Virus record (IMG/VR): IMGVR_UViG_3300027804_000057
Span: 21,934-85,933 of that record
DNA: 64,000 nt
Strand: one strand, 5' to 3'
Source: a virus
Lineage: Duplodnaviria > Caudoviricetes
Shown: in pieces, positions 1-9,944 of the stretch
Layout of the letters: the number at the start of each line of letters is the position of its first letter
How positions within the stretch are numbered: the stretch's first letter is position 1
The notes under the pieces: model-generated
Seen by the model: the letters and a program-made list of their open reading frames with translations, nothing else
What the model was told of the DNA's origin: nothing
Databases searched by the model: none
Made by a program: the position numbers and the translations under genes

Positions 1-2
1 CT

Positions 3-530
3 TATGTACATGCCAATTCTGCTTACGAATTAGCAAATACTTTAATATCAACTTCTGTTGATTCATACGCAAGACCACATGCTAATGCAGCTTATGTTGC
101 GGCTAATACGGCAGATCAGAAAGCAGTCTCTGCTGGTGTATATGCCAACGCAGCTTATGTTCAAGCAAACACAGGAACACAATATGCAACGAGTGCTGGC
201 TCTTATGCTAACTCTGCATACTCACAGGCAAATACTGCAACATCTAATGCTGGTGCCGCTCAGAGTGATGCTACATTGGCTGGTATTTTGGCAGCTGCAG
301 CTTACAATCAAGCAAACACACTTACTGGTTTTGTGGCCAGTGCGTCTTCTTATGCCAATGGTGCATTTGCGGCCGCAAACACCGCAGATGCAAAATCTGT
401 AATTTCAGGAGGTTACGCCAATTCAGCTTACAGTCAAGCAAATACGGGCACTATACTTGCACAGGCAGCATATAATTCTGCCAACACAATTATAGCAGAT
501 TCTCTGGCATTCTCAATTGCACTCGGATAA
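3..530 (+). CDS. C-terminal part of an Ala/Asn-rich repeat fibre protein (5' end outside window)
   Basis: Frame of ORF 276..530 is open back to base 3 (YVHANSAYELANT...); same YANxAY repeats as 885..9575; ends SLAFSIALG. Confidence 0.85.
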   Translation, partial: YVHANSAYELANTLISTSVDSYARPHANAAYVAANTADQKAVSAGVYANAAYVQANTGTQYATSAGSYANSAYSQANTATSNAGAAQSDATLAGILAAAAYNQANTLTGFVASASSYANGAFAAANTADAKSVISGGYANSAYSQANTGTILAQAAYNSANTIIADSLAFSIALG

Positions 531-553
531 ATAAATTATTCAAGAGGTTATAC

Positions 554-880
554 ATGGCAAACAGTTTTAAAAATAGTTTAGTACAAGCAGTTGGAACAGC
601 AGCAGTTAACGTATATGCATCTGGCATTGGCGTACAATCTACTGTTATTGGTTTTACAATATCAAATGTAACATCGGCCGACATTACTGCAAATGTAACA
701 GTACATTCTGGTGGTAATACTTCATATATGGTCAAACAAGCAACAATCGAACCTGGTAGTTCCATGGTTCCTGTTGGTCAACTACAAAAATTAGTATTAA
801 CTAATGGTGATTATATAAGAGTTCAAACCAACACACCATCATCAGCAGATGTTATTCTAAGTGTGCTTGAAATAAGTTAA
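554..880 (+). CDS. Small beta-rich virion protein, putative fibre cap/adaptor
   Basis: 108 aa after a late-promoter-like GATAAATA and GAGG SD; pattern shared with 9585..9944 and the C-terminus of 15055..16929. Confidence 0.7.
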   Translation: MANSFKNSLVQAVGTAAVNVYASGIGVQSTVIGFTISNVTSADITANVTVHSGGNTSYMVKQATIEPGSSMVPVGQLQKLVLTNGDYIRVQTNTPSSADVILSVLEIS

Positions 881-884
881 AGAC

Positions 885-3800
885 ATGACAATAAATTACC
901 TAGGCGATCAAGCTAAGAGTCAAGCAAAAAGAGTATCGAATACAGCCAATTCTGCTTTTGTTGCGGCCAATACGGCTGACCAAAAAGCAGTTTCAGCTGG
1001 TGTATATGCCAATTCGGCATATGCGTTCGCTAACACAATTGCTGGAGGTTCAGCAGCTGGTGCATACTTACACGCCAACTCATCATACGTTCATGCAAAT
1101 GCTGGATTTAATGAAGCGAATACTGCAACTCAATATGCACAATCCGCTGGTGTATACGCTAATGCTTCATATACATTAGCTAATACAAAATACTCATCTT
1201 CTGGTGGTACAATCTCTGGTAATGTTGTAGTTACAGGTAATTTAACTGTATCTGGTGCAACAACAACTGTAACATCTGAGATTGTTAAGATTGCAGACAA
1301 CACAATTGATTTAAATAGTAACTTCGAATCTGGCACTCCAACTGAAAACTCTGGTATACGTGTCATCCGTGGTGATGAATTACCTGTTCAATTCCGTTGG
1401 AATGAAGCAAATGATAACTGGGAATTCACTAATGATGGTACAAACTTTCGTTACATAGCTTCAATATCTGCAGAGTCTTATGCTAATGGTGCTTTTAGTG
1501 CCGCAAACTCAGCATCATCTTATGCTAATGGTGCTTTTGTTGCAGCCAACACTGCTGACCAAAAGGCTGTGTCTGCTGGTTCTTATGCCAATTCAGCATA
1601 TGCCAAGGCTAATAGTAGTGTAAATTTTTATGGTAACTCTGGTGTAGATGGATTTGGTTTAGGTGGCAGTTTCTCCGTACTTGGCCAAAATGGTATTGTA
1701 ACTTCTGGTGGTATTGGTGGCAACTTTTACATTAATGGTGAACAGATATTCACACATGCTAATGCAGCGTACAATTTAGCAAACACATTAGTATCGACAG
1801 CAATTGATTTATATGCTAGACCACATGTAAATGCCGCATTTATTCTTGCCAATACGAATGCAACAAATATAACCATTACTGGTTCATATGCTAATTCAGC
1901 ATATTTACAGGCAAACACAGCTACAACTAATGCAGCTCAAGCCGACCAGCGTGCAGTAACTTCTGGCGCATACGCTAATGCATCATACATTCAAGCAAAT
2001 TCTAGTTATTTACAGGCGAATGCTGCAACTATTAATGCAGCTGTTGCGGATCAAAAAGCAGTCACATCAGGCTTATATGCAAACTCAGCATATACACAGG
2101 CAAACGCATCATATACTCAAGCAAACACTGCTACGACAAATGCAGCTACTGCAGATCAGCGTGCAGTAACATCTGGTGTTTATGCTAATGCGGCTTTTGG
2201 TGTTGCCAACTCTGCATCATCTTACGCAAATGGTGCTTTTGTTGCAGCTAATACTGGTATAACAAATGCAGCGGCCGCTAGCTCTTTTGCTAACTCTGCT
2301 TTTATACATGCCAATGCATCATATCAATTTGCAAATACAATTGGTGGTGCAGTTAGAGGTACTTTCATTGCACGTAATTATGTAGCTGATGGTATAAATG
2401 TAAATTTTGAAGTATCTAATACCGCATCCGAGAGTAGTATATTTGTTACTCAAGATGGTGTTGTACAAGCTCCCTTTTCAGACTACATAGTTTATGGCAC
2501 AACATTAACATTTACTCTTGTACCTGCAGCCAATGTTGACATTCAGATTAGAGAATTGTCTATTGCTGAAACTGCTGCTTCAGATAATGTTGCTAGAGGA
2601 TTAATTTCTACAGTTAGTTCACATGCCAATGCAGCTTTCAATGTTGCAAATTCAGCATCTTCATCAGCTATTACTGCAGGTCTAGATGCAATCACTGCAT
2701 CCAACTTGGCAAATACTGCCAACTTAAATGCAACATCTGCCGGTTCATATGCTAATTCAGCCTACGCATTAGCAAATACAATTGCATCTGGTTCAGCTGC
2801 TGGTGCTTACTTACATGCTAATGCTGCTTATGATTTAGCTAACACAGCTTCAGTTAATGCACTGTCAGCTGGTTCATATGCAAATTCTGGTTATACAACA
2901 GCCAATACGGCCGCCCTAAATGCTTTATCTGCTGGTTCATATGCCAACGCATCTTATCTAACTGCCAACACAGCTTCGTTGAATGCACTCTCAGCTGGTT
3001 CATATGCGAATGGTGCTTTTGTTGCAGCCAATACGGCAGACCAGAAAGCCGTAACTTCTGGTGTTTATGCTAATGGTGCTTTTCTCTCCGCAAATTCAGC
3101 AGGTGTTTATGCTAATGCTGGTTTGTTGGCAGCCAATACTGCTGACGAAAAAGCAGTAATTGCTAGTTCATATGCGAACTCTGCATATACAACCGCAAAT
3201 TCTAAACTGTCTTCATCTGGTGGTACAATTTCTGGTGACTTGAATGTCTCTGGTAACTTAACTGTATCTGGCCAAGTAACAACAATCAACACAGAAGTTA
3301 TTGCTCTTGCTGATAACACCATTGATTTAAACAGTAATTTTTCAACAGGTATTCCAACAGAGAATGCTGGCTTAAGAGTTATTCGTGGTGATTCAACACC
3401 AACTCAATTACGTTGGAATGAAACGAATGACAAATGGGAATTTACAAACGATGGTTCTTCTTACAGCAATATTGGTTCAGCAGCTGCAGAATCATATGCT
3501 AATTCAGCCTACGCATTAGCAAATACGATTGCTTCTGGTTCAGCTGCTGGTGCTTACTTACATGCTAATGCTGCTTATGCACAGGCAAATATTTCTTCTC
3601 AATATGCAGTATCAGCTGGTTCTTATGCCAACTCTGCATACATTCAGGCCAATTCTAGTTACGTTGCGGCAAACTCTGCAAGCTCTTATGCCAACTCAGC
3701 ATTCATAGAGGCAAACTCTAGTTACAACCAAGCAAATACTGCAACAACTAATGCATTATCTGCAAGTTCATATGCTAATTCTGCTTACATACAAGCAAAC

Positions 3801-6800
3801 ACAGCAAACCAAACGGCAATTGCGGCAAGTTCATATGCTAACTCTGCTTACATACAAGCAAACACAGCAAACACAAATGCGGCAACCGCAGACCAAAGAG
3901 CAGTAACGTCAGGTGTGTTTGCTAATAGTGCATATAGTTCTGCTAACTCAGCATCTAGTTATGCTAATAGTGCTTTTGCCGCAGCCAATACTGCTGACCA
4001 AAAAGGTGTGTCTGCTGGTGTTTACGCCAATAGTGCATATAGTTCTGCTAACTTAGCATCTAGTTATTCTAATAGTGCTTACTTGGCAGCTAATACTGCA
4101 GACCAGAAAGCAGTTTCTGCTGGTTCATATGCTAACAGTGCTTTCTTGGCAGCCAATACCTCCGACCAAAAAGCAGTAACTTCTGGTGTATATGCTAATG
4201 CAGCTTACACATTATCTAATACAGCAAATCAAACTGCAACTTCTGCTAGTGTCTATGCCAACGCAGCTTTTGCAGCTGCCAACTCAGCAGTGGATACATG
4301 GGTTCGAACAGCTGCAAACAACGCTTCGAATTACGCTAACTCAGCATATTCAACTGCCAACACGGCACTAATCAATGCTGGTACGGCTGACCAAAAAGCA
4401 GTAACATCTGGTTCATATGCCAACTCTGCATATGCTCAAGCAAACACTGGAACAATTTTAGCGCAAGCATCATTTGATTTAGCTAATTTATTATCTGGCG
4501 GTACTTCAACCGATGGTTTTGCTAGAAATGTTGCTAATGCCGCAAGTTCATATGCCAACTCAGCATTTGTTGCAGCTAATACTGCAGACCAAAAAGCAGT
4601 TTCTGCTGGTGTATACGCTAATGCAGCCTACACACAAGCTAATTCCAATTATACAAGTGCTGTCACTAAGTTGGTGGTTACATCTCCTGGCTTGTACTAC
4701 AGTGTTGACCAATATTCAGGAAACAATCCTACAATATATGTTTCTGCCGGTGAAACAATAGCATTCTTTTTAGATAATGTATCTGGTCATCCGTTCATGT
4801 TGCGTGAATCAGCAGGTGGCACAAACTATAATACAGGTTTAACACACGTTTCTGTTAATGGTGTAGTATCAACAGGCTCTAGCGCCCAATCTCAAACCAC
4901 TGGCACTATCTACTGGAAGGTGCCTTTTGATTTGGCTGGTTTGACTTATGTGTATCAATGCTCAGTACACTCAGGTATGGTTGGTAACATTGTTATTCAA
5001 CAACCAGTTTCTCTTGTTGCATCTAATACCACATTAGCTTTTGCTCAAGCCAATGCCGCATTTGCAGCTGCTAACAATGCAGTAGATACATGGGTTCGTT
5101 CTGCTGCTAACTCTGCTTCCAATTATGCTAATGGTGCTTTCGTTGCAGCTAATACAGCTGACCAGAGAGCAGTTACATCTGGTACATACGCCAACTCAGC
5201 ATACACTCAGGCCAATACAGCTGCAACGAATGCACTGTCTGCCGGTTCATATGCAAACTCTGCATATACATTAGCTAATACAACTGCACTAAATGCGGCA
5301 GCTGCATTTAATACTGCCAACACCAAGTTCAATTCTACTGGTGGTACAATCTCTGGTGATGTAACTGTTACTGGTAACTTAGTAATTTCTGGTAATGTAA
5401 CAACAGTTTCTGCAAATAATTTAAGCATACAAGATAACATGATTTATCTGAATGCTAATAATACTGTTGCCAATCCAGATTTAGGTTTTGCTGGTAATTA
5501 TAACGATGGTACGTATCACCACACTGGTGTGTTCCGTGATGCTTCCGATGGTACATGGAAGTTTTTCTACAACTACCAACCAGAACCAGACGCATCACCA
5601 TATATCGATACCAATCACTCAACATTTAGAATTGCAAATTTAACTGCAAATCTAATCACTGATGTTGCTGTAATTCGTGGTTACGATCCAATCAACCACA
5701 CAAATACGGCATATGCACACGCCAATGCTGCGTTTGCTTTTGCTAATACAGTTTCTTCTGGTACTGCCGTTGACTCTTGGGTTCGTGATGCCGCTAATGC
5801 AACTTCTAGTTATTCTAATAGTGCTTACTTGGCAGCTAACACTGCCGACCAGAAAGCAGTCTCTGCTGGTGTTTATGCTAATGCTTCATACACTCAGGCT
5901 AATACTGCAGTTACAAATGCTGGTTCAGCTAGTTCTTATGCAAATGGTGCTTTCGCTGCGGCTAATACAGCAGATCAACGTGCAGTTACAAGTGGTTCTT
6001 ATGCTAATTCTGCATACAGTCAAGCAAACACTGCAGTAACCAATTCTTCTACTGCTGACCAGAAAGCAGTAACTTCAGGTGTTTACGCTAATGCAGCTTT
6101 TGAAGCTGCTAACACAGCAGACCAAAAAAGTGTAAGTGCTGGCACTTATGCTAATGCATCATTCACCTTAGCTAATACAGCCAATGTTACTGCAACTTCT
6201 GCTGGTGTGTATGCTAACGCAGCCTTTTTAGCTGCTAACACTGCAAATGTAAATTCTGTTTCTGCTAGTTCATACGCCAACTCAGCATACACACAGGCCA
6301 ACACAGGTACAATACTAGCACAAGCATCTTTTGATTTGGCAAACTCATTATCTGGTGGTACTTCTACAGATGGTTTTGCTAGAAATTCTGCAAATGCTGC
6401 AAGTTCATATGCTAACTCTGCATACTTACAGGCTAATACAGCAAACACAACTGCTACTAGTTCTGTAGTATACGCTAATGCAGCTTTTGTAGCCGCAAAT
6501 GCTTCTATCAACTTCATCACATTAGGCACTGCCAACTCTGCAGCTTCTTATGCAAATGGTGCCTTCGTTCAGGCAAATACTGCTGCAACAAATGCTGCTC
6601 AATCAGATCAACGTGCCGTAACATCTGGTGCATATGCTAACTCAGCATACATTCATGCTAATGCAGCCTTTGCAATTGCTAACTCTGGCGGTGGCGGTAC
6701 TACCGACACATTTGCTAGAAATCAAGCTAATGCATCATACATTCATGCAAATGCAGCTTTTGCGGTTGCTAACTCTGGTGGCGGTGGTACTACCGATACG

Positions 6801-9575
6801 TTTGCAAGAATTCAAGCGAATGCTGCTTTTGATGCGGCCAATGCGGCATCTGGTGGTGCATTCAACTTAAGTGTTGCACTTGATTCTTTTGTTGCTGATG
6901 GAAACACAACAACATTTACACTTTCAACAACACCAACAAATGAGAACTACACATTAATTACATTGAATGGTGTAACGCAACATAAGTCTGCATACACATT
7001 AACAGGCAACGTAATTACATTCTCTGAGGCGCCATCTACTAGTTTACCAATTGATGTTGTAACTTATTATGGTGTTCCCGATTCTGCTGGTTCTTATGCT
7101 AACTCCGCATTCCAAACTGCCAACTCTGCTGGTGCATATGCAAATGCAGCTTTTGCAGCAGCTAACAATGCAACAGACACATGGGTAAGAAACGCAGCTA
7201 ATGCGGCTAGTTCTTATGCCAACTCATCATTCATTCAGGCTAATACTGCAGACCAAAAGGCAACAAGTGCTGGTGTTTATGCGAACGCAGCGTTTGCAGC
7301 TGCCAATAATGCTGTCGATACATGGGTAAGAAATGCGGCCAACTCTGCTTCTTCATATGCCAACTCTGCGTTTGACTTGGCCAATACTGCAAATGTCACA
7401 GCAACATCAGCTGGTGTTTACGCTAATGCAGCCTTTGCAGCTGCCAACAATGCAGTAGATACTTGGGTTCGCAACGCAGCCAATTCAGCAAGTTCATATG
7501 CCAACGGTTCATTTGGTACTGCAAACTCTGCGTCATCGTATGCTAATGGTGCATTCATTCAGGCAAACACTGCTACAACTAATGCAGCTACTGCTGACCA
7601 AAGAGCAGTTACTTCTGGTGCATATGCCAACTCAGCATACACTCATGCTAATTCATCTTATGCATTTGCAAATACTGTTGCTTCTGGTTCTGCTATTGAC
7701 TCTTGGGTTCGTTTGGCTGCAAATGCGGCAAGTTCTTATTCAAACTCTGCATATGCCGCAGCTAACGTTGCTGACCAAAGAGCAGTAACATCAGGTGTCT
7801 ATGCTAACTCATCATTCGAAGCAGCCAACACGGCCGACCAACGTGCAGTAACAAGTGGTTCTTATGCTAACTCAGCATATACATTAGCTAATACTAAGTT
7901 TAATTCTACTGGTGGTACTATCTCTGGTGATGTTAATATCACTGGTAACTTGACAATCACCGGCCAAACAACTTACGCAAATACAACAACAGTACTTTTA
8001 GGTGATAATATTATTACCTTGAACGCTGACATTCCTGCGGCAACTGCTCCAACAGAGAATGCCGGTTTTGAAGTTGCACGTGGAAGTTCTACAAATACAG
8101 CGATACTCTGGAACGAAACCACAGACAAGTGGACGTTCACAAATGATGGCACCAACTACAGTAACATAGGTTCTGCAGCTTCTGAGTCCTACGCCAATTC
8201 CGCATATCTTGCCGCAAACACTGCCGATCAACGTGCGGTAACTTCAGGTACATATGCCAATGCCGCATTTGGTATTGCTAACTCTGCTAGTTCATATGCT
8301 AATGGTGCTTTTGTTGCAGCCAATACTGGAGACCAAAAGGCAGTATCTGCTGGTGTATATGCCAATGCCGCATTTGGTATTGCCAACTCTGCAAGTTCTT
8401 ATGCAAATGGTGCATTCGTTGCGGCTAACACAAAACTATCAACATCTGGTGGTACAATCACTGGTGACTTGACAATCAACGGCAACATAACAGTTTCTGG
8501 ATGCACTGCAACCTTAACTGTTGAAACATTAAGAGTACATGATTCTATTGTTGATGTTGCATGGGATGTAACTGGTGTTCCTGCACTTGATGCTGGTATA
8601 CGAGTTGTTCGTGGCGATTCTAATCCAGTAATGTTGAAGTGGAATGAGTCTATTGATAAGTGGACATTTACCAATGACGGCACAAGTTACTCCAATATTG
8701 GTTCATCCGCAGCAGAAGATTACGCAAATGCAGCCTTCACAACAGCCAATGCTTCTGTAAACTTCATTGCAATTGGTACTGCTAATTCTGCAGCTTCATA
8801 TGCTAACTCTGCATTTGCCGCAGCCAATGCATCAACAAACTTCATTACAATCGGCACTGCAAACTCTGCAAGCGCTTATGCTAATGCCGCATACTTACAT
8901 GCCAATGCGGCCTTCGCAGCTGCTAATACAGGTGGTGGCGGTGGTACAACAGATACATTTGCGAGAAATCAGGCTAATGCGGCATTCATTCAAGCAAATA
9001 CTGCTGTGTCTTTGAATGTTGCTGTAGATAGTTTCACTGGTGATGGATCAAACACAGCATTTACATTAAGTGTAACACCATTCAGTAAAAACTTTACAAC
9101 TGTTACGTTAGACGGCATTTCACAACATAAATCTGCATATAACGTCAGCAGTAATATATTAACATTCTCAGATGCACCTGATACTGGTGTTGCAATCGAT
9201 GTTTCTACATATTATGGTGGTCAACAAGGTTCTGGCCAATATCAAAATAGAAACTACACTGGTGACGGCACAACTGTAAACTACACAGTCTCAGCAAGAA
9301 CAAGTGCAAACAGTGTTATGGTAATGGAGAACGGTGTCGTACAGACACCAATCACCGACTATACATTGACTGGAACAACTTTAACATTCACAACTGCACC
9401 AACGTCTGGCACTAAGATTCAGATTAGAGAATTGTCATACGGCAGTGATAGTGCAACTGTTGCATCTTCGTATGCCAACTCAGCCTACATACAAGCTAAC
9501 TCTGCATTTGAAACTGCAAACACAAAAGCGTCAACTGGTAAAGCTATTGCAATGGCAATAGTATTTGGATTCTAA
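885..9575 (+). CDS. Giant 2896-aa modular fibre-like virion protein (heptad YANxA[YF]xxANT repeats with inserted globular modules and a cupredoxin-like domain)
   Basis: Uninterrupted ORF; 14/21-aa repeats; four GGTISG...WNE...WxFTNDG modules; DGxxTxFTLS-type modules; ends KAIAMAIVFGF. Confidence 0.85.
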   Translation: MTINYLGDQAKSQAKRVSNTANSAFVAANTADQKAVSAGVYANSAYAFANTIAGGSAAGAYLHANSSYVHANAGFNEANTATQYAQSAGVYANASYTLANTKYSSSGGTISGNVVVTGNLTVSGATTTVTSEIVKIADNTIDLNSNFESGTPTENSGIRVIRGDELPVQFRWNEANDNWEFTNDGTNFRYIASISAESYANGAFSAANSASSYANGAFVAANTADQKAVSAGSYANSAYAKANSSVNFYGNSGVDGFGLGGSFSVLGQNGIVTSGGIGGNFYINGEQIFTHANAAYNLANTLVSTAIDLYARPHVNAAFILANTNATNITITGSYANSAYLQANTATTNAAQADQRAVTSGAYANASYIQANSSYLQANAATINAAVADQKAVTSGLYANSAYTQANASYTQANTATTNAATADQRAVTSGVYANAAFGVANSASSYANGAFVAANTGITNAAAASSFANSAFIHANASYQFANTIGGAVRGTFIARNYVADGINVNFEVSNTASESSIFVTQDGVVQAPFSDYIVYGTTLTFTLVPAANVDIQIRELSIAETAASDNVARGLISTVSSHANAAFNVANSASSSAITAGLDAITASNLANTANLNATSAGSYANSAYALANTIASGSAAGAYLHANAAYDLANTASVNALSAGSYANSGYTTANTAALNALSAGSYANASYLTANTASLNALSAGSYANGAFVAANTADQKAVTSGVYANGAFLSANSAGVYANAGLLAANTADEKAVIASSYANSAYTTANSKLSSSGGTISGDLNVSGNLTVSGQVTTINTEVIALADNTIDLNSNFSTGIPTENAGLRVIRGDSTPTQLRWNETNDKWEFTNDGSSYSNIGSAAAESYANSAYALANTIASGSAAGAYLHANAAYAQANISSQYAVSAGSYANSAYIQANSSYVAANSASSYANSAFIEANSSYNQANTATTNALSASSYANSAYIQANTANQTAIAASSYANSAYIQANTANTNAATADQRAVTSGVFANSAYSSANSASSYANSAFAAANTADQKGVSAGVYANSAYSSANLASSYSNSAYLAANTADQKAVSAGSYANSAFLAANTSDQKAVTSGVYANAAYTLSNTANQTATSASVYANAAFAAANSAVDTWVRTAANNASNYANSAYSTANTALINAGTADQKAVTSGSYANSAYAQANTGTILAQASFDLANLLSGGTSTDGFARNVANAASSYANSAFVAANTADQKAVSAGVYANAAYTQANSNYTSAVTKLVVTSPGLYYSVDQYSGNNPTIYVSAGETIAFFLDNVSGHPFMLRESAGGTNYNTGLTHVSVNGVVSTGSSAQSQTTGTIYWKVPFDLAGLTYVYQCSVHSGMVGNIVIQQPVSLVASNTTLAFAQANAAFAAANNAVDTWVRSAANSASNYANGAFVAANTADQRAVTSGTYANSAYTQANTAATNALSAGSYANSAYTLANTTALNAAAAFNTANTKFNSTGGTISGDVTVTGNLVISGNVTTVSANNLSIQDNMIYLNANNTVANPDLGFAGNYNDGTYHHTGVFRDASDGTWKFFYNYQPEPDASPYIDTNHSTFRIANLTANLITDVAVIRGYDPINHTNTAYAHANAAFAFANTVSSGTAVDSWVRDAANATSSYSNSAYLAANTADQKAVSAGVYANASYTQANTAVTNAGSASSYANGAFAAANTADQRAVTSGSYANSAYSQANTAVTNSSTADQKAVTSGVYANAAFEAANTADQKSVSAGTYANASFTLANTANVTATSAGVYANAAFLAANTANVNSVSASSYANSAYTQANTGTILAQASFDLANSLSGGTSTDGFARNSANAASSYANSAYLQANTANTTATSSVVYANAAFVAANASINFITLGTANSAASYANGAFVQANTAATNAAQSDQRAVTSGAYANSAYIHANAAFAIANSGGGGTTDTFARNQANASYIHANAAFAVANSGGGGTTDTFARIQANAAFDAANAASGGAFNLSVALDSFVADGNTTTFTLSTTPTNENYTLITLNGVTQHKSAYTLTGNVITFSEAPSTSLPIDVVTYYGVPDSAGSYANSAFQTANSAGAYANAAFAAANNATDTWVRNAANAASSYANSSFIQANTADQKATSAGVYANAAFAAANNAVDTWVRNAANSASSYANSAFDLANTANVTATSAGVYANAAFAAANNAVDTWVRNAANSASSYANGSFGTANSASSYANGAFIQANTATTNAATADQRAVTSGAYANSAYTHANSSYAFANTVASGSAIDSWVRLAANAASSYSNSAYAAANVADQRAVTSGVYANSSFEAANTADQRAVTSGSYANSAYTLANTKFNSTGGTISGDVNITGNLTITGQTTYANTTTVLLGDNIITLNADIPAATAPTENAGFEVARGSSTNTAILWNETTDKWTFTNDGTNYSNIGSAASESYANSAYLAANTADQRAVTSGTYANAAFGIANSASSYANGAFVAANTGDQKAVSAGVYANAAFGIANSASSYANGAFVAANTKLSTSGGTITGDLTINGNITVSGCTATLTVETLRVHDSIVDVAWDVTGVPALDAGIRVVRGDSNPVMLKWNESIDKWTFTNDGTSYSNIGSSAAEDYANAAFTTANASVNFIAIGTANSAASYANSAFAAANASTNFITIGTANSASAYANAAYLHANAAFAAANTGGGGGTTDTFARNQANAAFIQANTAVSLNVAVDSFTGDGSNTAFTLSVTPFSKNFTTVTLDGISQHKSAYNVSSNILTFSDAPDTGVAIDVSTYYGGQQGSGQYQNRNYTGDGTTVNYTVSARTSANSVMVMENGVVQTPITDYTLTGTTLTFTTAPTSGTKIQIRELSYGSDSATVASSYANSAYIQANSAFETANTKASTGKAIAMAIVFGF

Positions 9576-9584
9576 GGAAATAAA

Positions 9585-9944
9585 ATGGCAAACCCGAACA
9601 TAGTAGCGGTAACGACAATTAACGGAAACACAACGGTGCAATCAATCACAACAGCTGCAACTGCAATTGTTGAAAATGGTTCTGGTAGTGGTAAAGTTTA
9701 TAAGATTAACTGTTTGATTATTGCTAACGTTGATGGTACAAATGCATCAGACATTACAGTTGACTTATATAGAAATTCAACTGCATATAAAATTGTTAAT
9801 ACTGTTTCTGTTGCAGCCGACAGTTCATTTACCGCAATTGACAAAACACTGTCTCTGTACCTATTGGAGGGTGATGCACTACGTTTGACCGCTGGCAATA
9901 ACAGCAGACTTCAAGGCGTATGTTCATTTGAGGAGATTTCTTAA
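9585..9944 (+). CDS. Small beta-rich virion protein, putative fibre cap/adaptor
   Basis: 119 aa, AAGGA SD, directly follows the AIAMAIVFG-ending fibre; similar pattern to 554..880. Confidence 0.7.
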   Translation: MANPNIVAVTTINGNTTVQSITTAATAIVENGSGSGKVYKINCLIIANVDGTNASDITVDLYRNSTAYKIVNTVSVAADSSFTAIDKTLSLYLLEGDALRLTAGNNSRLQGVCSFEEIS

